A stretch of DNA of 64,000 nucleotides from Frankiaceae bacterium (GTDB lineage Bacteria; Actinomycetota; Actinomycetes; BP-191), in assembly GCA_035940575.1 (NCBI GenBank), contig DASZER010000016.1, forward strand, positions 18,258 through 82,257. Reading direction: 5' to 3'. The notes under the pieces are model-generated. The model worked only from the letters and a program-made list of their open reading frames with translations, ran no database searches and was not told where the DNA came from. Shown in pieces: positions 18,678-29,099 of this stretch (its first letter is position 1; every line of letters starts with the position of its first letter). The position numbers and the translations under genes were made by a program.

Positions 18678-19496
18678 ATGGGTGAACGCTCCGCCGTCGA
18701 GGCCACGCAGGGGCCGCCCCCGACCGTCCGCACGCTCACCGAGGGCCTCGTGTCCCTCGGCGTCCCGCGCGGCGGCGTGGTGCTCGTGCACTCCTCGCTC
18801 AAGGCGCTCGGGTGGGTCGTGGGCGGCGCCGAGGCGGTCGTGGAGGCGCTGCTCGCCGCGCTCGGTCCCGAGGGGACGCTCGTGGTGCCGTCGTTCTCGA
18901 CGCACCGCACGGACCCGCACCGCTGGGCCAACCCGCCCGTGCCCGAGGAGTGGTGGCAGGTGATCCGCGACGAGATGCCGGCGTTCGACCCGCGGGTCGC
19001 GACGACGCGGCAGATGGGCGCGATCGCCGACTGCGCGCTGCGCTGGCCAGGCACGGTGCGGTCGGCGCACCCGCACCTGTCGTTCGCCGCCAACGGCGCC
19101 CGCGCGCGCGAGGTGGTCGAGCCGCACCCGCTGCCGTTCGGCGTCGGCGACACGTCGCCGCTCGCCTCGCTCTACGACCTCGGCGCCTCCGTGCTGCTGC
19201 TCGGCGTCGGCCACGCGAACAACACGTCGCTGCACCTGTCCGAGCACCGCGCGTCGTGGCCGGGACGGCGCACGTACACCGAGGGCGCGGCGGTGCTGGT
19301 CGACGGGCGGCGCGAGTGGGTGACGTTCGAGGACCTCTGGACGAGCGACGACGACTTCCCGGACATCGGGGCGGCGTACGAGGCCGCCGGCGGCGAGGTC
19401 ACGGTCGGTCGCGTCGGCAGGGGCGAGGCGCGGCTGATGCGCCAGCGCCCGCTGGTCGACTTCGGCGTCGCCGAGATCGAGCGCCGCAGGGCCTAG
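18678..19496 (+). CDS. Aminoglycoside N(3)-acetyltransferase family protein (AAC(3)/Antibiotic_NAT-like)
   Basis: 272 aa. VLVHSSLKALGWVVGGAEAVVEALLAALGPEGTLVVP and DPHRWANPPVP are typical of the AAC(3) family. The ATG was placed by frame arithmetic inside the over-extended 555-aa ORF. Confidence 0.7.
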   Translation: MGERSAVEATQGPPPTVRTLTEGLVSLGVPRGGVVLVHSSLKALGWVVGGAEAVVEALLAALGPEGTLVVPSFSTHRTDPHRWANPPVPEEWWQVIRDEMPAFDPRVATTRQMGAIADCALRWPGTVRSAHPHLSFAANGARAREVVEPHPLPFGVGDTSPLASLYDLGASVLLLGVGHANNTSLHLSEHRASWPGRRTYTEGAAVLVDGRREWVTFEDLWTSDDDFPDIGAAYEAAGGEVTVGRVGRGEARLMRQRPLVDFGVAEIERRRA

Positions 19497-19500
19497 GCGC

Positions 19501-20778
19501 CTACGGCAGGAGGCGCGTCAGCATCGAGTCCAGCGGCGCGCCCCTGGGACGGGGTGGCTGGATCGCGCCGACGACCGTCACCGCGCCGTCGGGCGCGACG
19601 TCGGCGTCGAACCCGCTCTCGTGCAGCGCCGTCGTGCCCTGGATCGAGATGCCGTTGCGGCCGAAGGTCGCGTCGGGCAGCCCGGTCACCGCGAAGCGCG
19701 CGACGACGACGTCGCTCGTGCGCCCCACGGCGGCCTCGCCCGAGACCACGATGCGGCCGTCGCCGTCGACGCCGACCGCGTCGAGGACCGTCGCCTCGCC
19801 CGCGGGGACCGACGCGGTGCCGCCGAGGGCGAAGGTCGGGTCGAGCAGGCCGCTCGGCAGGAACCGCACGACCCTGCCGACGAGCGAGCCGCCCGCGGCG
19901 CCCTGCTCGGTACCGAAGCCCGCCGCGACGATGAGCCCCTGCGGCGTCCGCGCCAGCGCGTTGAACACCGTGCCCGGCATCGTGGTGAGGCCCACGCCGA
20001 ACGTCGGGTCGAGCGCGGCGTTCGGCAGGAACCGCCCGAGGAACGGCGTCGGCGCCGCGTCGTCGGGCACCCGCGCGCCGCCGACCACGACGGACCCGTC
20101 GGGCGGCACGACGACGGCCGCGAACACCGTGTCCGGCACGGGGTCGATCACGGTGCCGTTGCCGAAGAGCGCGTCGGGCTTGCCGTCCGGCAGCAGCCTC
20201 GTGACGAACGACGTGAGCGAGCCCGACGACGTGAACGTCACGCCGACGATCCCGATCGCGCCGTCGACGCCGATCGCCGCGTCCGTCGGGACGGCCAGGC
20301 CGCTGCGGCCGACCGCATGGACGAGCCAGCCGCCGTTGCCGAAGGTCCGGTCCGGCTGCCCGTTCGCCGCGAACCGCGCGGCGAGCACGCCCGTGGTGTG
20401 CCCGGACCTGCCCATGCCGACGACGAGGAGGCGGCCGTCGGAGAGCTGCTCGAGCTCGTACCCGACGCTCTCGCCGCCGAGGGTCGGCCGCACGATGCCG
20501 CGCGAGCCGAACGACGTGTCGAGGCGGCCGTTCGGCAGGTACCGCGCGAGGTACACGTGCGCGCGGGAGCGGTCGTCGTCGTACGTCCCCGCGACGACGG
20601 TCTTGCGGTCGGCCGTCCGGACCACGCCGAACGCCGCGTCGTGGCCCCGCGCGACGCTGTGACGCACCCATCCGCGCGTGCCGAACGACGTGTCGAGCCC
20701 GCCGGGCGCCGCCGTGGCCGGCGTCGCGACGATCAGGCACAGCGCCGTGGCGACGACGCTCGCGCGCACTCCGCGCAT
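19501..20778 (-). CDS. Secreted delta-60-type repeat protein
   Basis: 425 aa with signal peptide MRGVRASVVATALCLIVATPATA and repeated LDTSFG/PDRTFGNGG/LDPTFG units. Confidence 0.65.
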   Translation of the reverse strand: MRGVRASVVATALCLIVATPATAAPGGLDTSFGTRGWVRHSVARGHDAAFGVVRTADRKTVVAGTYDDDRSRAHVYLARYLPNGRLDTSFGSRGIVRPTLGGESVGYELEQLSDGRLLVVGMGRSGHTTGVLAARFAANGQPDRTFGNGGWLVHAVGRSGLAVPTDAAIGVDGAIGIVGVTFTSSGSLTSFVTRLLPDGKPDALFGNGTVIDPVPDTVFAAVVVPPDGSVVVGGARVPDDAAPTPFLGRFLPNAALDPTFGVGLTTMPGTVFNALARTPQGLIVAAGFGTEQGAAGGSLVGRVVRFLPSGLLDPTFALGGTASVPAGEATVLDAVGVDGDGRIVVSGEAAVGRTSDVVVARFAVTGLPDATFGRNGISIQGTTALHESGFDADVAPDGAVTVVGAIQPPRPRGAPLDSMLTRLLP

Positions 20779-20844
20779 GGTTTCCCCCCTGGTCCCGCGT
20801 CTGGGAGCACGCCCGTCCGAGGCGGCCTGAGTGCTACTTCGGCG

Positions 20845-21909
20845 TCAGGGGATGGCAACCCTGCTGTGGTCGCCGAGCATCAGCCGCAACGCCTTCGGGT
20901 GCGCGATCGAGCGCGACAGCTCGACCTCCTTGCCGATGAGCGAGTCCTCGATCCGCTGGATGTCCGCGATGTGCGTCGACTCCAGCACGATCGAGTGCTC
21001 GACCTCGGTGCGCTCCACGAGGCACGAGTGGTAGATCGAGGTGAACGGCCCGACGTACGTGTCGACGATCCGCGTGCCCCTGCCGATGATCGCGGGGCCT
21101 CGCACGGTCGAGCGGACGACCTGCGCGCCCTCCTCGATGACGACGCGGCCGACGAGGCGCGACTCCGTGTCGACCGTTCCGTGGCAGGCCGGCTCGAGCG
21201 ACTCCAGGACCTTGCGGTTGCACTCGAGCATGTCCTCGAGGCGCCCGGTGTCCTTCCAGTAGCCGGTGACGAGGTGCGGCTGCACCTCGCGCCCTGTGTC
21301 GATCAGCCACTGGATCGCGTCGGTGATCTCCAGCTCGCCGCGCGCGCTCGGCTTGATCGCGGCGACCGCCTCGTGGATCGGCGGGCGGAACATGTAGACG
21401 CCGACGAGGGCGAGGTCGCTCTTCGGCTCCCGCGGCTTCTCGACGAGCGTCTGGACCCGCCCGTCCGCGCCGAGCTCCGCGACGCCGAACTGCGACGGGT
21501 TGTCGACCTTGGTCAGGAGGATCTGCGCGTCGGGCTGGTCGCGCTTGAACTCCTCGACCAGCTCGGTGATGCCGCCGACGATGAAGTTGTCGCCGAGGTA
21601 CATCACGAAGTCCTCGTCGCCGAGGAAGTCCCTCGCGATGAGGACGCAGTGCGCGAGGCCGAGGGGGGCCTCCTGCCTGATGTACGTCACCGAGATGCCG
21701 AGCGCCGAGCCGTCGCCGACCGCCGCCATGATCTCCGGCGCGGTGTCGCCGACGATGATGCCGACGTCGGTGACGCCCGCGTCGCGAATGGCCTCGAGGC
21801 CGTAGAACAGCGTCGGCTTGTTCGCGATGGGGACGAGCTGCTTGGCCGACGTGTGCGTGATCGGGCGCAGCCGCGTGCCCGCGCCGCCTGAGAGAACCAG
21901 CGCCTTCAT
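20845..21909 (-). CDS. rmlA: Glucose-1-phosphate thymidylyltransferase (long form)
   Basis: MKALVLSGGAGTRLRPITHTSAKQLVPIANKP. At 354 aa it is the long RmlA type. Confidence 0.9.
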   Translation of the reverse strand: MKALVLSGGAGTRLRPITHTSAKQLVPIANKPTLFYGLEAIRDAGVTDVGIIVGDTAPEIMAAVGDGSALGISVTYIRQEAPLGLAHCVLIARDFLGDEDFVMYLGDNFIVGGITELVEEFKRDQPDAQILLTKVDNPSQFGVAELGADGRVQTLVEKPREPKSDLALVGVYMFRPPIHEAVAAIKPSARGELEITDAIQWLIDTGREVQPHLVTGYWKDTGRLEDMLECNRKVLESLEPACHGTVDTESRLVGRVVIEEGAQVVRSTVRGPAIIGRGTRIVDTYVGPFTSIYHSCLVERTEVEHSIVLESTHIADIQRIEDSLIGKEVELSRSIAHPKALRLMLGDHSRVAIP

Positions 21910-22063
21910 GATGCGGCGCAGGCTAGCAGCGCCGCGTGGTCCGGGGCACGTCGCCCCCCTCGCCCTACCGTGCGGAAGGTGGCCCGGGCGCTACCCTGGC
22001 CTCGCGGCGTGCAACCTACGCCGCGGTTCGTTCGTCTGCTCTGTACGTGGAGACCGCCACCCG

Positions 22064-23512
22064 GTGACCGACAACCCGCACGGCCTCGTGCTGCCCCCCG
22101 AGCTCGACCCGCGCGGGTACGCGCGGCCGAAGCCTCGCTGGGCGCGCGTGCTGTCGTGGCTCGCGGTGCTGACGTCGTTCTCCGTGCTCGCGGCGAGCGG
22201 CATCGGCTACGCCCTCTACCGCCACTACGACGGCAACATCGACCGCGTCCTGCTCCACGTCGGCGGAAAGCGCCCGCCCAAGGTCGCCGGCAAGGCGCTG
22301 AACTTCCTGCTCGTCGGCTCCGACTCGCGCGCCGACATGAGCAAGGAGGAGCTCAAGAGGGCGGCGACGGAGTTCACGCCGGGGCGGCGTTCGGACACCG
22401 TCATCCTCGTGCACGTCTCCGGCGACAGGAACCACGTCACGCTGGTGTCGTTCCCCCGCGACGCCTACGTCACGATCCCCGCGCACGGCAAGGAGAAGGA
22501 GCACGACGGCAAGCTCAACACCGCGTTCTCCATCGGCGGCCCCGGGCTGACGATCGAGACCGTCGAGCGGCTCACCAACGTCCGCGTAGACCACTACGTC
22601 GAGGTCAACTTCGCCGGCTTCCAGCGCCTCGTCGACGCGGTGGACGGCGTCGAGGTGTGCCTCGCCAAGCCGGCGAAGGAGCCGTTGTCGGGCATCAACC
22701 TCCCCGCGGGCAGGCAGGTCATCAAGGGGCAGCAGGCGCTCGCGTTCGTGCGCCAGCGCCACGGCCTGCCGCGCGGCGACCTCGACAGGATCGAGCGGCA
22801 GCAGCAGTTCCTCGGCGCGCTGCTGCGCCGGGCCACGAGCAAGGGTGTGCTGCTCAACGTCGCCCGCCTCAACCGCTTCCTCGAGACCGCCACCGACTCC
22901 GTGCAGGTCGACCAGGACCTCGGCTTCGAGGAGATGCGCACGCTCGCACTGGCGCTGCGCGACCTCGACCCGGCGCGCGTGGCGTTCGTCACCGCTCCTG
23001 TCGACAAGCTCGCGATGCGCCACGGCCAGTCCGTCGTGCTGCTGGACGACGTCGCCGGTGCCGCGATGTTCCAGTCGATCGCCCGCGACGAGCCGCTCGC
23101 CAAGCCCGCCGCCGCGCTGCCCGCGAAGCTCACCGTCCCGCCGTCCCGGATCCGCGTGACCGTCCTCAACGGCACCGGCGTCCAGGGACAGGCCGCGCAG
23201 GCCGGCAACGACCTGCGGCAGGTCGGCTTCCGCGTCGTCGGCACGGGCAACGCGGAGGGCACGGCGTTCGAGCGCACGGTCGTCCGCTACAACGCCGGCG
23301 ACGAGGCCGCGGCCGCGACGCTCGCCGCGTCGTTGCACGGCGCCAAGACCGAGGTCGTACGCACCGGCGGCACGTCGCTCACGGTGGTCGTCGGGCGCGA
23401 CTACAAGGAGCCGGTCGCCGTGAAGGTCGCGGGCACGCCCGCGCCGCGCCCGTCTCGCTCGGCGACCCAGGCGCCCGTCGCCACCGCCGCCGACAACGTC
23501 TGCGCCAAGTGA
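22064..23512 (+). CDS. LCP (LytR-CpsA-Psr) family cell-wall polymer ligase with a LytR_C domain
   Basis: A TM helix, then the LCP core ([53 protein letters not shown]), then a C-terminal LytR_C domain. It is divergent from rmlA. A GTG at 22064 was chosen so that it does not overlap rmlA; alternative starts lie at 21908-22043. Confidence 0.75.
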   Translation: MTDNPHGLVLPPELDPRGYARPKPRWARVLSWLAVLTSFSVLAASGIGYALYRHYDGNIDRVLLHVGGKRPPKVAGKALNFLLVGSDSRADMSKEELKRAATEFTPGRRSDTVILVHVSGDRNHVTLVSFPRDAYVTIPAHGKEKEHDGKLNTAFSIGGPGLTIETVERLTNVRVDHYVEVNFAGFQRLVDAVDGVEVCLAKPAKEPLSGINLPAGRQVIKGQQALAFVRQRHGLPRGDLDRIERQQQFLGALLRRATSKGVLLNVARLNRFLETATDSVQVDQDLGFEEMRTLALALRDLDPARVAFVTAPVDKLAMRHGQSVVLLDDVAGAAMFQSIARDEPLAKPAAALPAKLTVPPSRIRVTVLNGTGVQGQAAQAGNDLRQVGFRVVGTGNAEGTAFERTVVRYNAGDEAAAATLAASLHGAKTEVVRTGGTSLTVVVGRDYKEPVAVKVAGTPAPRPSRSATQAPVATAADNVCAK

Positions 23513-25314
23513 TGGGCGACGACCGCGAGAGGGACCCCGGCGCGCCCGAGGACCCGCCCGTAGCGCCCGCGGGCGTGCCGATGCCGGACGCCGCCGAGCC
23601 TCCCGCCGGCCCGCCCGCCCCCGCCGGCCCGGCCGACCCGCCGTCCCCCACCGCGGCCGACCCCGCCGCGGCCGGCGACGACGCCGGAGAGCCGGCCGGG
23701 GACGAGCCGGGCGACGAGCCCGGCGACGAGCCCGGCGACGAGCCCGGAGACGAGCCGCGCACCGCCGACGGCACCCCCCTGGGCCCGCGGGCGGCGGCGA
23801 TCATCGCGCAGGCCGACGCGGAGTCCCGCGCGTCGTTCGGTCCGCGGCGGCGCAGCCGCAAGCGCCGCGTCGTCCGCGTCTTGTCGTGGATCGCCGTGAT
23901 CACGTCGCTGTCGGTGCTCGTGGCGAGCGCCATCGGCTTCGGCGCGCTCGCCGTCATCAACAGCCACGTGACCCGCAAGTGCATCTTCTGCGGCGAGTCG
24001 CAGGAGGCGCAGCGCGCGCGGCCGAGCAAGGCCGAAGGCGAGGACGGCAAGGCCCTGAACTTCCTGCTCGTCGGCTCCGACTCCCGCGAGGGCGCGACGC
24101 CCGAGGAGCTCAAGCTCTACGGCACCGAGGCCAACCCCGGCGGCATCCTCACCGACACGATCATCCTGGTGCACCTGTCGCCGAAGAAGGACAAGGCCGT
24201 CCTGGTGTCGTTCCCGCGCGACTCATGGGTCGAGATCCCCGGCCACGGCGAGGCGAAGATCAACACGGCGTACGGCCGCGGCGAGCGCGAGCGCAAGGGC
24301 AGCGGCCCCGCGACGCTGATCCGCACGATCGAGAACCTCACCGGCATCTACGTCGACCACTACCTCGAGGTGAAGTTCGGCGGCTTCATCAAGATGGTCG
24401 ACGCGCTCGACGGCGTCGACGTCTGCCTGCCGCGCGCGGTGAAGGACCCCGACTCCGCGCTCGACCTCCCCGCCGGGCAGAGCCGCGTGAGGGGCACGCA
24501 GGCGCTGGCATTCGTGCGGGCGCGCAAGTTCGACCCGACGGGCGACTTCGGGCGCATCCGCCGCCAGCAGCAGTTCCTCGGCTCGATGCTGCGCCGCGCG
24601 ACGAGCCTCGGCATCCTCGCCAGGCCGGACCGGCTCTACCGCTTCCTCGACACGATCGCGAAGAACCTCACCGTCGACGACAAGCTCGGCCTCGACGACA
24701 TGCGCAACCTCGCGTCGAAGCTGCGCGGGCTGGACCCGGCGCGGATCGTGTTCGTGACCGTGCCGTACCAGCCGAAGGGCGTCTACCACGGCAAGCAGCT
24801 CGCCGTGGAGCTGGACGTGCCCGCGGCGCAGGCGCTGTTCGAGTCGATCCGCGGCGACGACGCGATCAAGGCCAACGCCTCCCCCGCGCCGACGCAGCAG
24901 CCGAGCGACCTGATCGTGGCGCCGTCGCGCATCCGCCTGCGCGTCCTCAACGGCAGCGGCGTGGGCGGCGCGGCGGGCAAGGCCGCCGACGACCTGGCCG
25001 AGCTCGGCTTCCAGATCCGCGCGAAGGGCGACGCCGACGCGTCGACGTACGCGCAGACGATCGTGCGCCACGGCCCGTCCAAGGCCGACAGCGCGCGCAC
25101 CGTCGCCGCCGCCATCCCGGGCAGCGCGATCCAGCTCGACCAGACGCTCGGCACGACGATCGAGGTCGTGATCGGCTCGCAGTACAGCGGCGTCCGCCCC
25201 GTCACCGTCTCGACCCCGACCGCCTCCCCGACGGCCCCGGTCGCGACGCCGACCTCGACGCCGTCGCCGCTCAAGACGACGACCGCCGCCGACGAGCCCG
25301 AGGGGTGCCGCTGA
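23512..25314 (+). CDS. LCP family protein, second paralog, with an acidic Pro-rich N-terminal tail
   Basis: ATG overlaps the previous stop as ATGA. The N-terminal cytoplasmic region contains (GDEP)x5, followed by a TM helix, the LCP core ([29 protein letters not shown]) and a LytR_C domain. Confidence 0.8.
   Translation: MGDDRERDPGAPEDPPVAPAGVPMPDAAEPPAGPPAPAGPADPPSPTAADPAAAGDDAGEPAGDEPGDEPGDEPGDEPGDEPRTADGTPLGPRAAAIIAQADAESRASFGPRRRSRKRRVVRVLSWIAVITSLSVLVASAIGFGALAVINSHVTRKCIFCGESQEAQRARPSKAEGEDGKALNFLLVGSDSREGATPEELKLYGTEANPGGILTDTIILVHLSPKKDKAVLVSFPRDSWVEIPGHGEAKINTAYGRGERERKGSGPATLIRTIENLTGIYVDHYLEVKFGGFIKMVDALDGVDVCLPRAVKDPDSALDLPAGQSRVRGTQALAFVRARKFDPTGDFGRIRRQQQFLGSMLRRATSLGILARPDRLYRFLDTIAKNLTVDDKLGLDDMRNLASKLRGLDPARIVFVTVPYQPKGVYHGKQLAVELDVPAAQALFESIRGDDAIKANASPAPTQQPSDLIVAPSRIRLRVLNGSGVGGAAGKAADDLAELGFQIRAKGDADASTYAQTIVRHGPSKADSARTVAAAIPGSAIQLDQTLGTTIEVVIGSQYSGVRPVTVSTPTASPTAPVATPTSTPSPLKTTTAADEPEGCR
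23701..23757. repeat. In-frame 12-nt tandem repeat (gacgagcccggc, about 4.7 copies) encoding (DEPG)n in the second LCP gene
   Basis: Directly visible: gacgagccgggcgacgagcccggcgacgagcccggcgacgagcccggagacgagccg. Confidence 0.6.
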
Positions 25315-25925
25315 TGCTGCACGCGCTCGCGGCCGTCCTCGGGCGGCCGGTGCAGGCGGAGCCGGGGACGCCGTTCCTGACGTTCTACGACGACGCCACC
25401 GGCGAGCGCACGGAGCTGTCGTACGCCACCACCGACAACTGGGTCGCGAAGACCGCCAACCTCCTGCGCGAGGGGCTCGACGCGCAGCCTGGCGACGGCG
25501 TCGCCGTGCTGCTGCCGCCGCACTGGCAGACCGTCGTCGTCACGCTCGCGGTGTGGGCGGCGGGCTGCGTGCTCGCCGACGACGGGGACGTGGCGTTCGT
25601 GAGCGAGGCGGCTTTCGGTCGCGTGCCGCCGCGCCGCGAGACCGTCGCGCTGTCGCTGAAGCCGATGGCCGCGCCGATGGACGAGGTGCCGCCCGGCGTC
25701 CTCGACTACGCCGTCGAGATCCCCGTCTACGGCGACCGCTTCACCCCGTCGGCCCCCGGCACCGCGCCCGCGGCCGAGCCCGCGAGCGGCCGCGTGATGG
25801 TGGTCGACGAGGACCCGGTGCCCGCGGCGCTGGCGGCCCTGCACGGGGGCGGCGGCGTCGTCCTCACGGTCAACGCCGACCCCGCGAGGCTGGCCGCGAG
25901 AGCCGAGAGCGAGCGGGCGCACTAG
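25314..25925 (+). CDS. Conserved actinobacterial hypothetical protein, possibly the TIGR03089-type family that accompanies LCP genes
   Basis: 203 aa. ATG overlaps the LCP stop as ATGA. The family assignment is from memory. Confidence 0.5.
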   Translation: MLHALAAVLGRPVQAEPGTPFLTFYDDATGERTELSYATTDNWVAKTANLLREGLDAQPGDGVAVLLPPHWQTVVVTLAVWAAGCVLADDGDVAFVSEAAFGRVPPRRETVALSLKPMAAPMDEVPPGVLDYAVEIPVYGDRFTPSAPGTAPAAEPASGRVMVVDEDPVPAALAALHGGGGVVLTVNADPARLAARAESERAH

Positions 25926-25936
25926 GCTCCGACGCC

Positions 25937-26689
25937 ATGGACAAGGTTGTCAGCGACCCGACAGCCGCGGTCGCCGACATCCCCGCGGGCGCCTCGCTCG
26001 CGGTGGGTGGCTTCGGGCTCTGCGGCATCCCCTCCGTGCTCATCCAGGCCCTCCTCGACGCCGGCGTCGACGACCTCTCGGTCGTGTCGAACAACTGCGG
26101 CGTCGACGAGTGGGGCCTCGGCGTCCTGCTCCAGGCCAAGCGCCTGCGGCGGATGACCAGCAGCTACGTCGGCGAGAACAAGGAGTTCGAGCGGCAGTTC
26201 CTCTCCGGCGAGCTCGAGGTCGAGCTGACGCCGCAGGGCACGCTCGCCGAACGCCTCCGCGCGGGCGGCGCGGGCATCCCCGCGTTCTTCACGCCGGCCG
26301 GCGTAGGGACGCAGGTCGCCGAGGGCGGACTGCCGTGGAAGTACGACGGCTCCGGCGGCGTCGCGGTCGGCTCGCCGCGCAAGGAGGTCCGCGAGTTCGG
26401 CGGCCGCGAGTACGTGCTGGAGGAGTCGATCGTCACCGACTTCGCCCTCGTCCGCGCCTGGAAGGGCGACCGGCACGGCAACCTCGTCTACCGGATGGCC
26501 GCGCGGAACTTCAACCCGCTCTGCGCCGCCGCGGGCCGCGTCACGATCGCCGAGGTCGAGAACCTCGTGGAGCCCGGCGAGCTCGACCCCGCCGAGGTGC
26601 ACACGCCGGGCGTGTTCGTGCAGCGCGTGGTGCCCGTCGGCGAGGGCGAGAAGCGCATCGAGCGCCGCACCGTACGGAAGGCGGGCTGA
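25937..26689 (+). CDS. scoA: 3-oxoacid CoA-transferase subunit A
   Basis: [16 protein letters not shown], and [15 protein letters not shown]. Confidence 0.85.
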   Translation: MDKVVSDPTAAVADIPAGASLAVGGFGLCGIPSVLIQALLDAGVDDLSVVSNNCGVDEWGLGVLLQAKRLRRMTSSYVGENKEFERQFLSGELEVELTPQGTLAERLRAGGAGIPAFFTPAGVGTQVAEGGLPWKYDGSGGVAVGSPRKEVREFGGREYVLEESIVTDFALVRAWKGDRHGNLVYRMAARNFNPLCAAAGRVTIAEVENLVEPGELDPAEVHTPGVFVQRVVPVGEGEKRIERRTVRKAG

Positions 26690-26690
26690 C

Positions 26691-27353
26691 ATGGCACTCA
26701 CGAGAGAGCAGCTCGCCGCGCGCGTCGCGCGGGAGCTCGAGGACGGCCAGTACGTCAACCTCGGCATCGGCATGCCGACCCTGATCCCGAACTACCTCCC
26801 CGAGGGCGTGCACGTCGTCCTGCAGAGCGAGAACGGCATCCTCGGCGTCGGCCCGTACCCGGACGAGGGCACCGAGGACCCCGACCTCATCAACGCGGGC
26901 AAGGAGACGGTCACGGTCCAGGCGGGCGCGTCGTACTTCGACTCCGCGACGTCGTTCTCGATGATCCGCGGCGGGCACATCGACGTCGCCGTGCTCGGCG
27001 CCATGCAGGTCTCGAAGACCGGCGACCTCGCCAACTGGATGATCCCCGGCAAGATGGTCAAGGGGATGGGCGGCGCCATGGACCTCGTCCACGGCGCGAA
27101 GCGGCTGATCGTGATGATGGAGCACGCCGCCAAGGACGGCTCGCCGAAGATCGTCAACGAGTGCACGCTGCCGTACACCGGTCGCGGCGTCGTCCACCGG
27201 ATCATCACCGACCTCGCGGTCATCGACGTCACGGACAACGGCCTCGTGCTGCGCGAGCTCGCGCCCGGCGTGACGCTCGACGACGTGCGCGCGGTGACCG
27301 AGCCCGAGCTGGCCCTCGAGGGCGAGCCGAAGGAAATGCCGGTCGCCGGGTAA
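26691..27353 (+). CDS. scoB: 3-oxoacid CoA-transferase subunit B
   Basis: [10 protein letters not shown] and [12 protein letters not shown]. It follows scoA after a 1-nt gap. Confidence 0.85.
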   Translation: MALTREQLAARVARELEDGQYVNLGIGMPTLIPNYLPEGVHVVLQSENGILGVGPYPDEGTEDPDLINAGKETVTVQAGASYFDSATSFSMIRGGHIDVAVLGAMQVSKTGDLANWMIPGKMVKGMGGAMDLVHGAKRLIVMMEHAAKDGSPKIVNECTLPYTGRGVVHRIITDLAVIDVTDNGLVLRELAPGVTLDDVRAVTEPELALEGEPKEMPVAG

Positions 27354-27383
27354 ACCGCCGCGTCGCCGAGGCGTCCTTGGGAT

Positions 27384-27908
27384 GTGACAGCGATGACGGG
27401 GGCGGGACTCCTCCCCAGAGACGCGGACGGCGCCGTGACGGCCCTGTTCCGCGCCCACTACGGTTCGCTGGTCCGCCTGGCCGTGCTGCTCGTCGACGAC
27501 GACGGCAGCGCGGAGGACCTGGTGCAGGACGCGTTCGCGCGGCTGCACCGGCGCTGGGCGCGGCTACGCGACGAAGACGCGGCGTACGGGTACCTCCGTG
27601 CCGCCGTCGTCAACGGCAGCCACTCGCGACTGCGAAGGCTGCGCACCGCGCGACGCTACGTCGCGCCCCACGACTCGGCAGCGCCCTCGCCCGAGGGCGA
27701 CGCGATCGTCCGCGAGGAGCACGCCGCCGTACGCGCCGCGATGCGCGGCCTCCCGACCCGCCAGCGCGAGGTGCTCGTGCTGCGCTACTGGGGCTCGCTC
27801 AGCGAGGCCGAGATCGCCGACACGCTCGGTATCTCGCGCGGCGCCGTGAAGTCCCACGCCTCCCGCGGCCTGGCCGCCGTGACCCGCAGCCTGGAGGGAA
27901 CCCGATGA
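27384..27908 (+). CDS. ECF-type RNA polymerase sigma-70 factor
   Basis: 174 aa with sigma region 2 (EDLVQDAFARLHRRW) and region 4 (REVLVLRYWGSLSEAEIADTLGISRGAVKSHASRG). Confidence 0.8.
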   Translation: MTAMTGAGLLPRDADGAVTALFRAHYGSLVRLAVLLVDDDGSAEDLVQDAFARLHRRWARLRDEDAAYGYLRAAVVNGSHSRLRRLRTARRYVAPHDSAAPSPEGDAIVREEHAAVRAAMRGLPTRQREVLVLRYWGSLSEAEIADTLGISRGAVKSHASRGLAAVTRSLEGTR

Positions 27909-29035
27909 ACCCCGAGGACCGTCTCCGTTCCGCGATGGAGGAGCGCGCCGGTGCCGCGCGCACCTCGCCCGACGCCCTCGACGGCGTCTTCACCCGCGTC
28001 GCCAGGCACCGCCGCAACGTCCGCATCGCGGCCGCCGCGGGCAGCGCGATGTCGATCGCGGCCGTCGTGCTCGTCGCCAACGCCGCCATCGGCGGCCGCG
28101 GGGGCGCCGACGTGGTCCCGGCGTCGCCCACGCCGACGGTGGCCGCGTCGTCCGCTGCGGGCACGCCGACGCCGACCGCGAGCGCCTCGCCGACCGCGTC
28201 GCCGGAGCCGACCGACTCCGTCACGGCGATCGCGGTCGCGCTCCCCGACCGCAGGCTCGTGCTGATGGACGGCGCGACCGGCACGGTGCTGCGCACGATC
28301 GCGACGCTGCGTTCCGGCGAGCACCCCGTCGAGCTGTCGCCGACGCACCGGTGGGTCGTGGTCGCTCCCGAGAGCGGCTGCACGCTCACCCTCGTCGAGG
28401 TCGCGACGGGCGACCGGACGACGTTGCGCGGCCAGCGGGTGGCGCGGTTCTCGCCGCGCGACGCGCGCCTCGCGTACGCCGGCTGCGCCGACTCCGCGCG
28501 GGAGGGGACGCCCGTCGTCGTCCGCGACATGCGCACCGGCACCGAGCGGACGCTGGCCTCGCCCCGGCGCCCCGCGAACTGGCCGCAGACGACGCAGTTC
28601 ATGGACGAGCTGACCGGCGTCGAGGCCGTGTCGTGGCGCGACGACGACGTGCTCGTCGTGTCGCGGGCGTACGAGGACTACACCGACACGCTCACGCTGG
28701 ACGTGCGGACCGCCGACGACCTCGGCGACTCGCGGAGGTACGAGGGCGCGGCCGTGCACTTCACGTACGGCGGCCGCTACTACGGCGTCCACGCCTGCTG
28801 CTACCCCGACTGGGACCAGCGGGCGCAGCTGGTGGAGTGGACGCTGCGCGAGAGCGGCTCGACCAAGCGGACCGTGATGGCCGCGCCCGACGCGCTCGCC
28901 TCGGGCGGCGTGGACGGGAGCGGCGCGCTGGTCTACGTCGACAACGGCGACCTGTGGCGGTGGAGCGGGTGGAACACCGACGAGGGCCCGCCGGTGCGCG
29001 TCGCGCGCGGCTTCCTCGGCAACGTCGCCACCTGA
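27905..29035 (+). CDS. Putative anti-sigma or membrane-anchored sensor protein cognate to the ECF sigma
   Basis: ATGA overlap with the sigma gene. A ~45-aa cytoplasmic N-terminus is followed by one TM helix (IAAAAGSAMSIAAVVLVANAAIGG), a Pro/Thr/Ser linker and a ~300-aa extracytoplasmic domain. There is no zinc-finger motif. Confidence 0.5.
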   Translation: MNPEDRLRSAMEERAGAARTSPDALDGVFTRVARHRRNVRIAAAAGSAMSIAAVVLVANAAIGGRGGADVVPASPTPTVAASSAAGTPTPTASASPTASPEPTDSVTAIAVALPDRRLVLMDGATGTVLRTIATLRSGEHPVELSPTHRWVVVAPESGCTLTLVEVATGDRTTLRGQRVARFSPRDARLAYAGCADSAREGTPVVVRDMRTGTERTLASPRRPANWPQTTQFMDELTGVEAVSWRDDDVLVVSRAYEDYTDTLTLDVRTADDLGDSRRYEGAAVHFTYGGRYYGVHACCYPDWDQRAQLVEWTLRESGSTKRTVMAAPDALASGGVDGSGALVYVDNGDLWRWSGWNTDEGPPVRVARGFLGNVAT

Positions 29036-29099
29036 CCCAGGACAGCGAGAGGCCGCCCGCGCGTCGCGCGCGGGCGGCCTCTCGTGGCGTCCGGGAGGG

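Noticed and set aside
21970-25314. 1114-aa plus-strand ORF as a single giant gene
   Set aside because: Its N-terminal 514 aa are an out-of-frame overlap of the first LCP gene. The real product starts at the ATG at 23512 (ATGA overlap) and is a second LCP protein.
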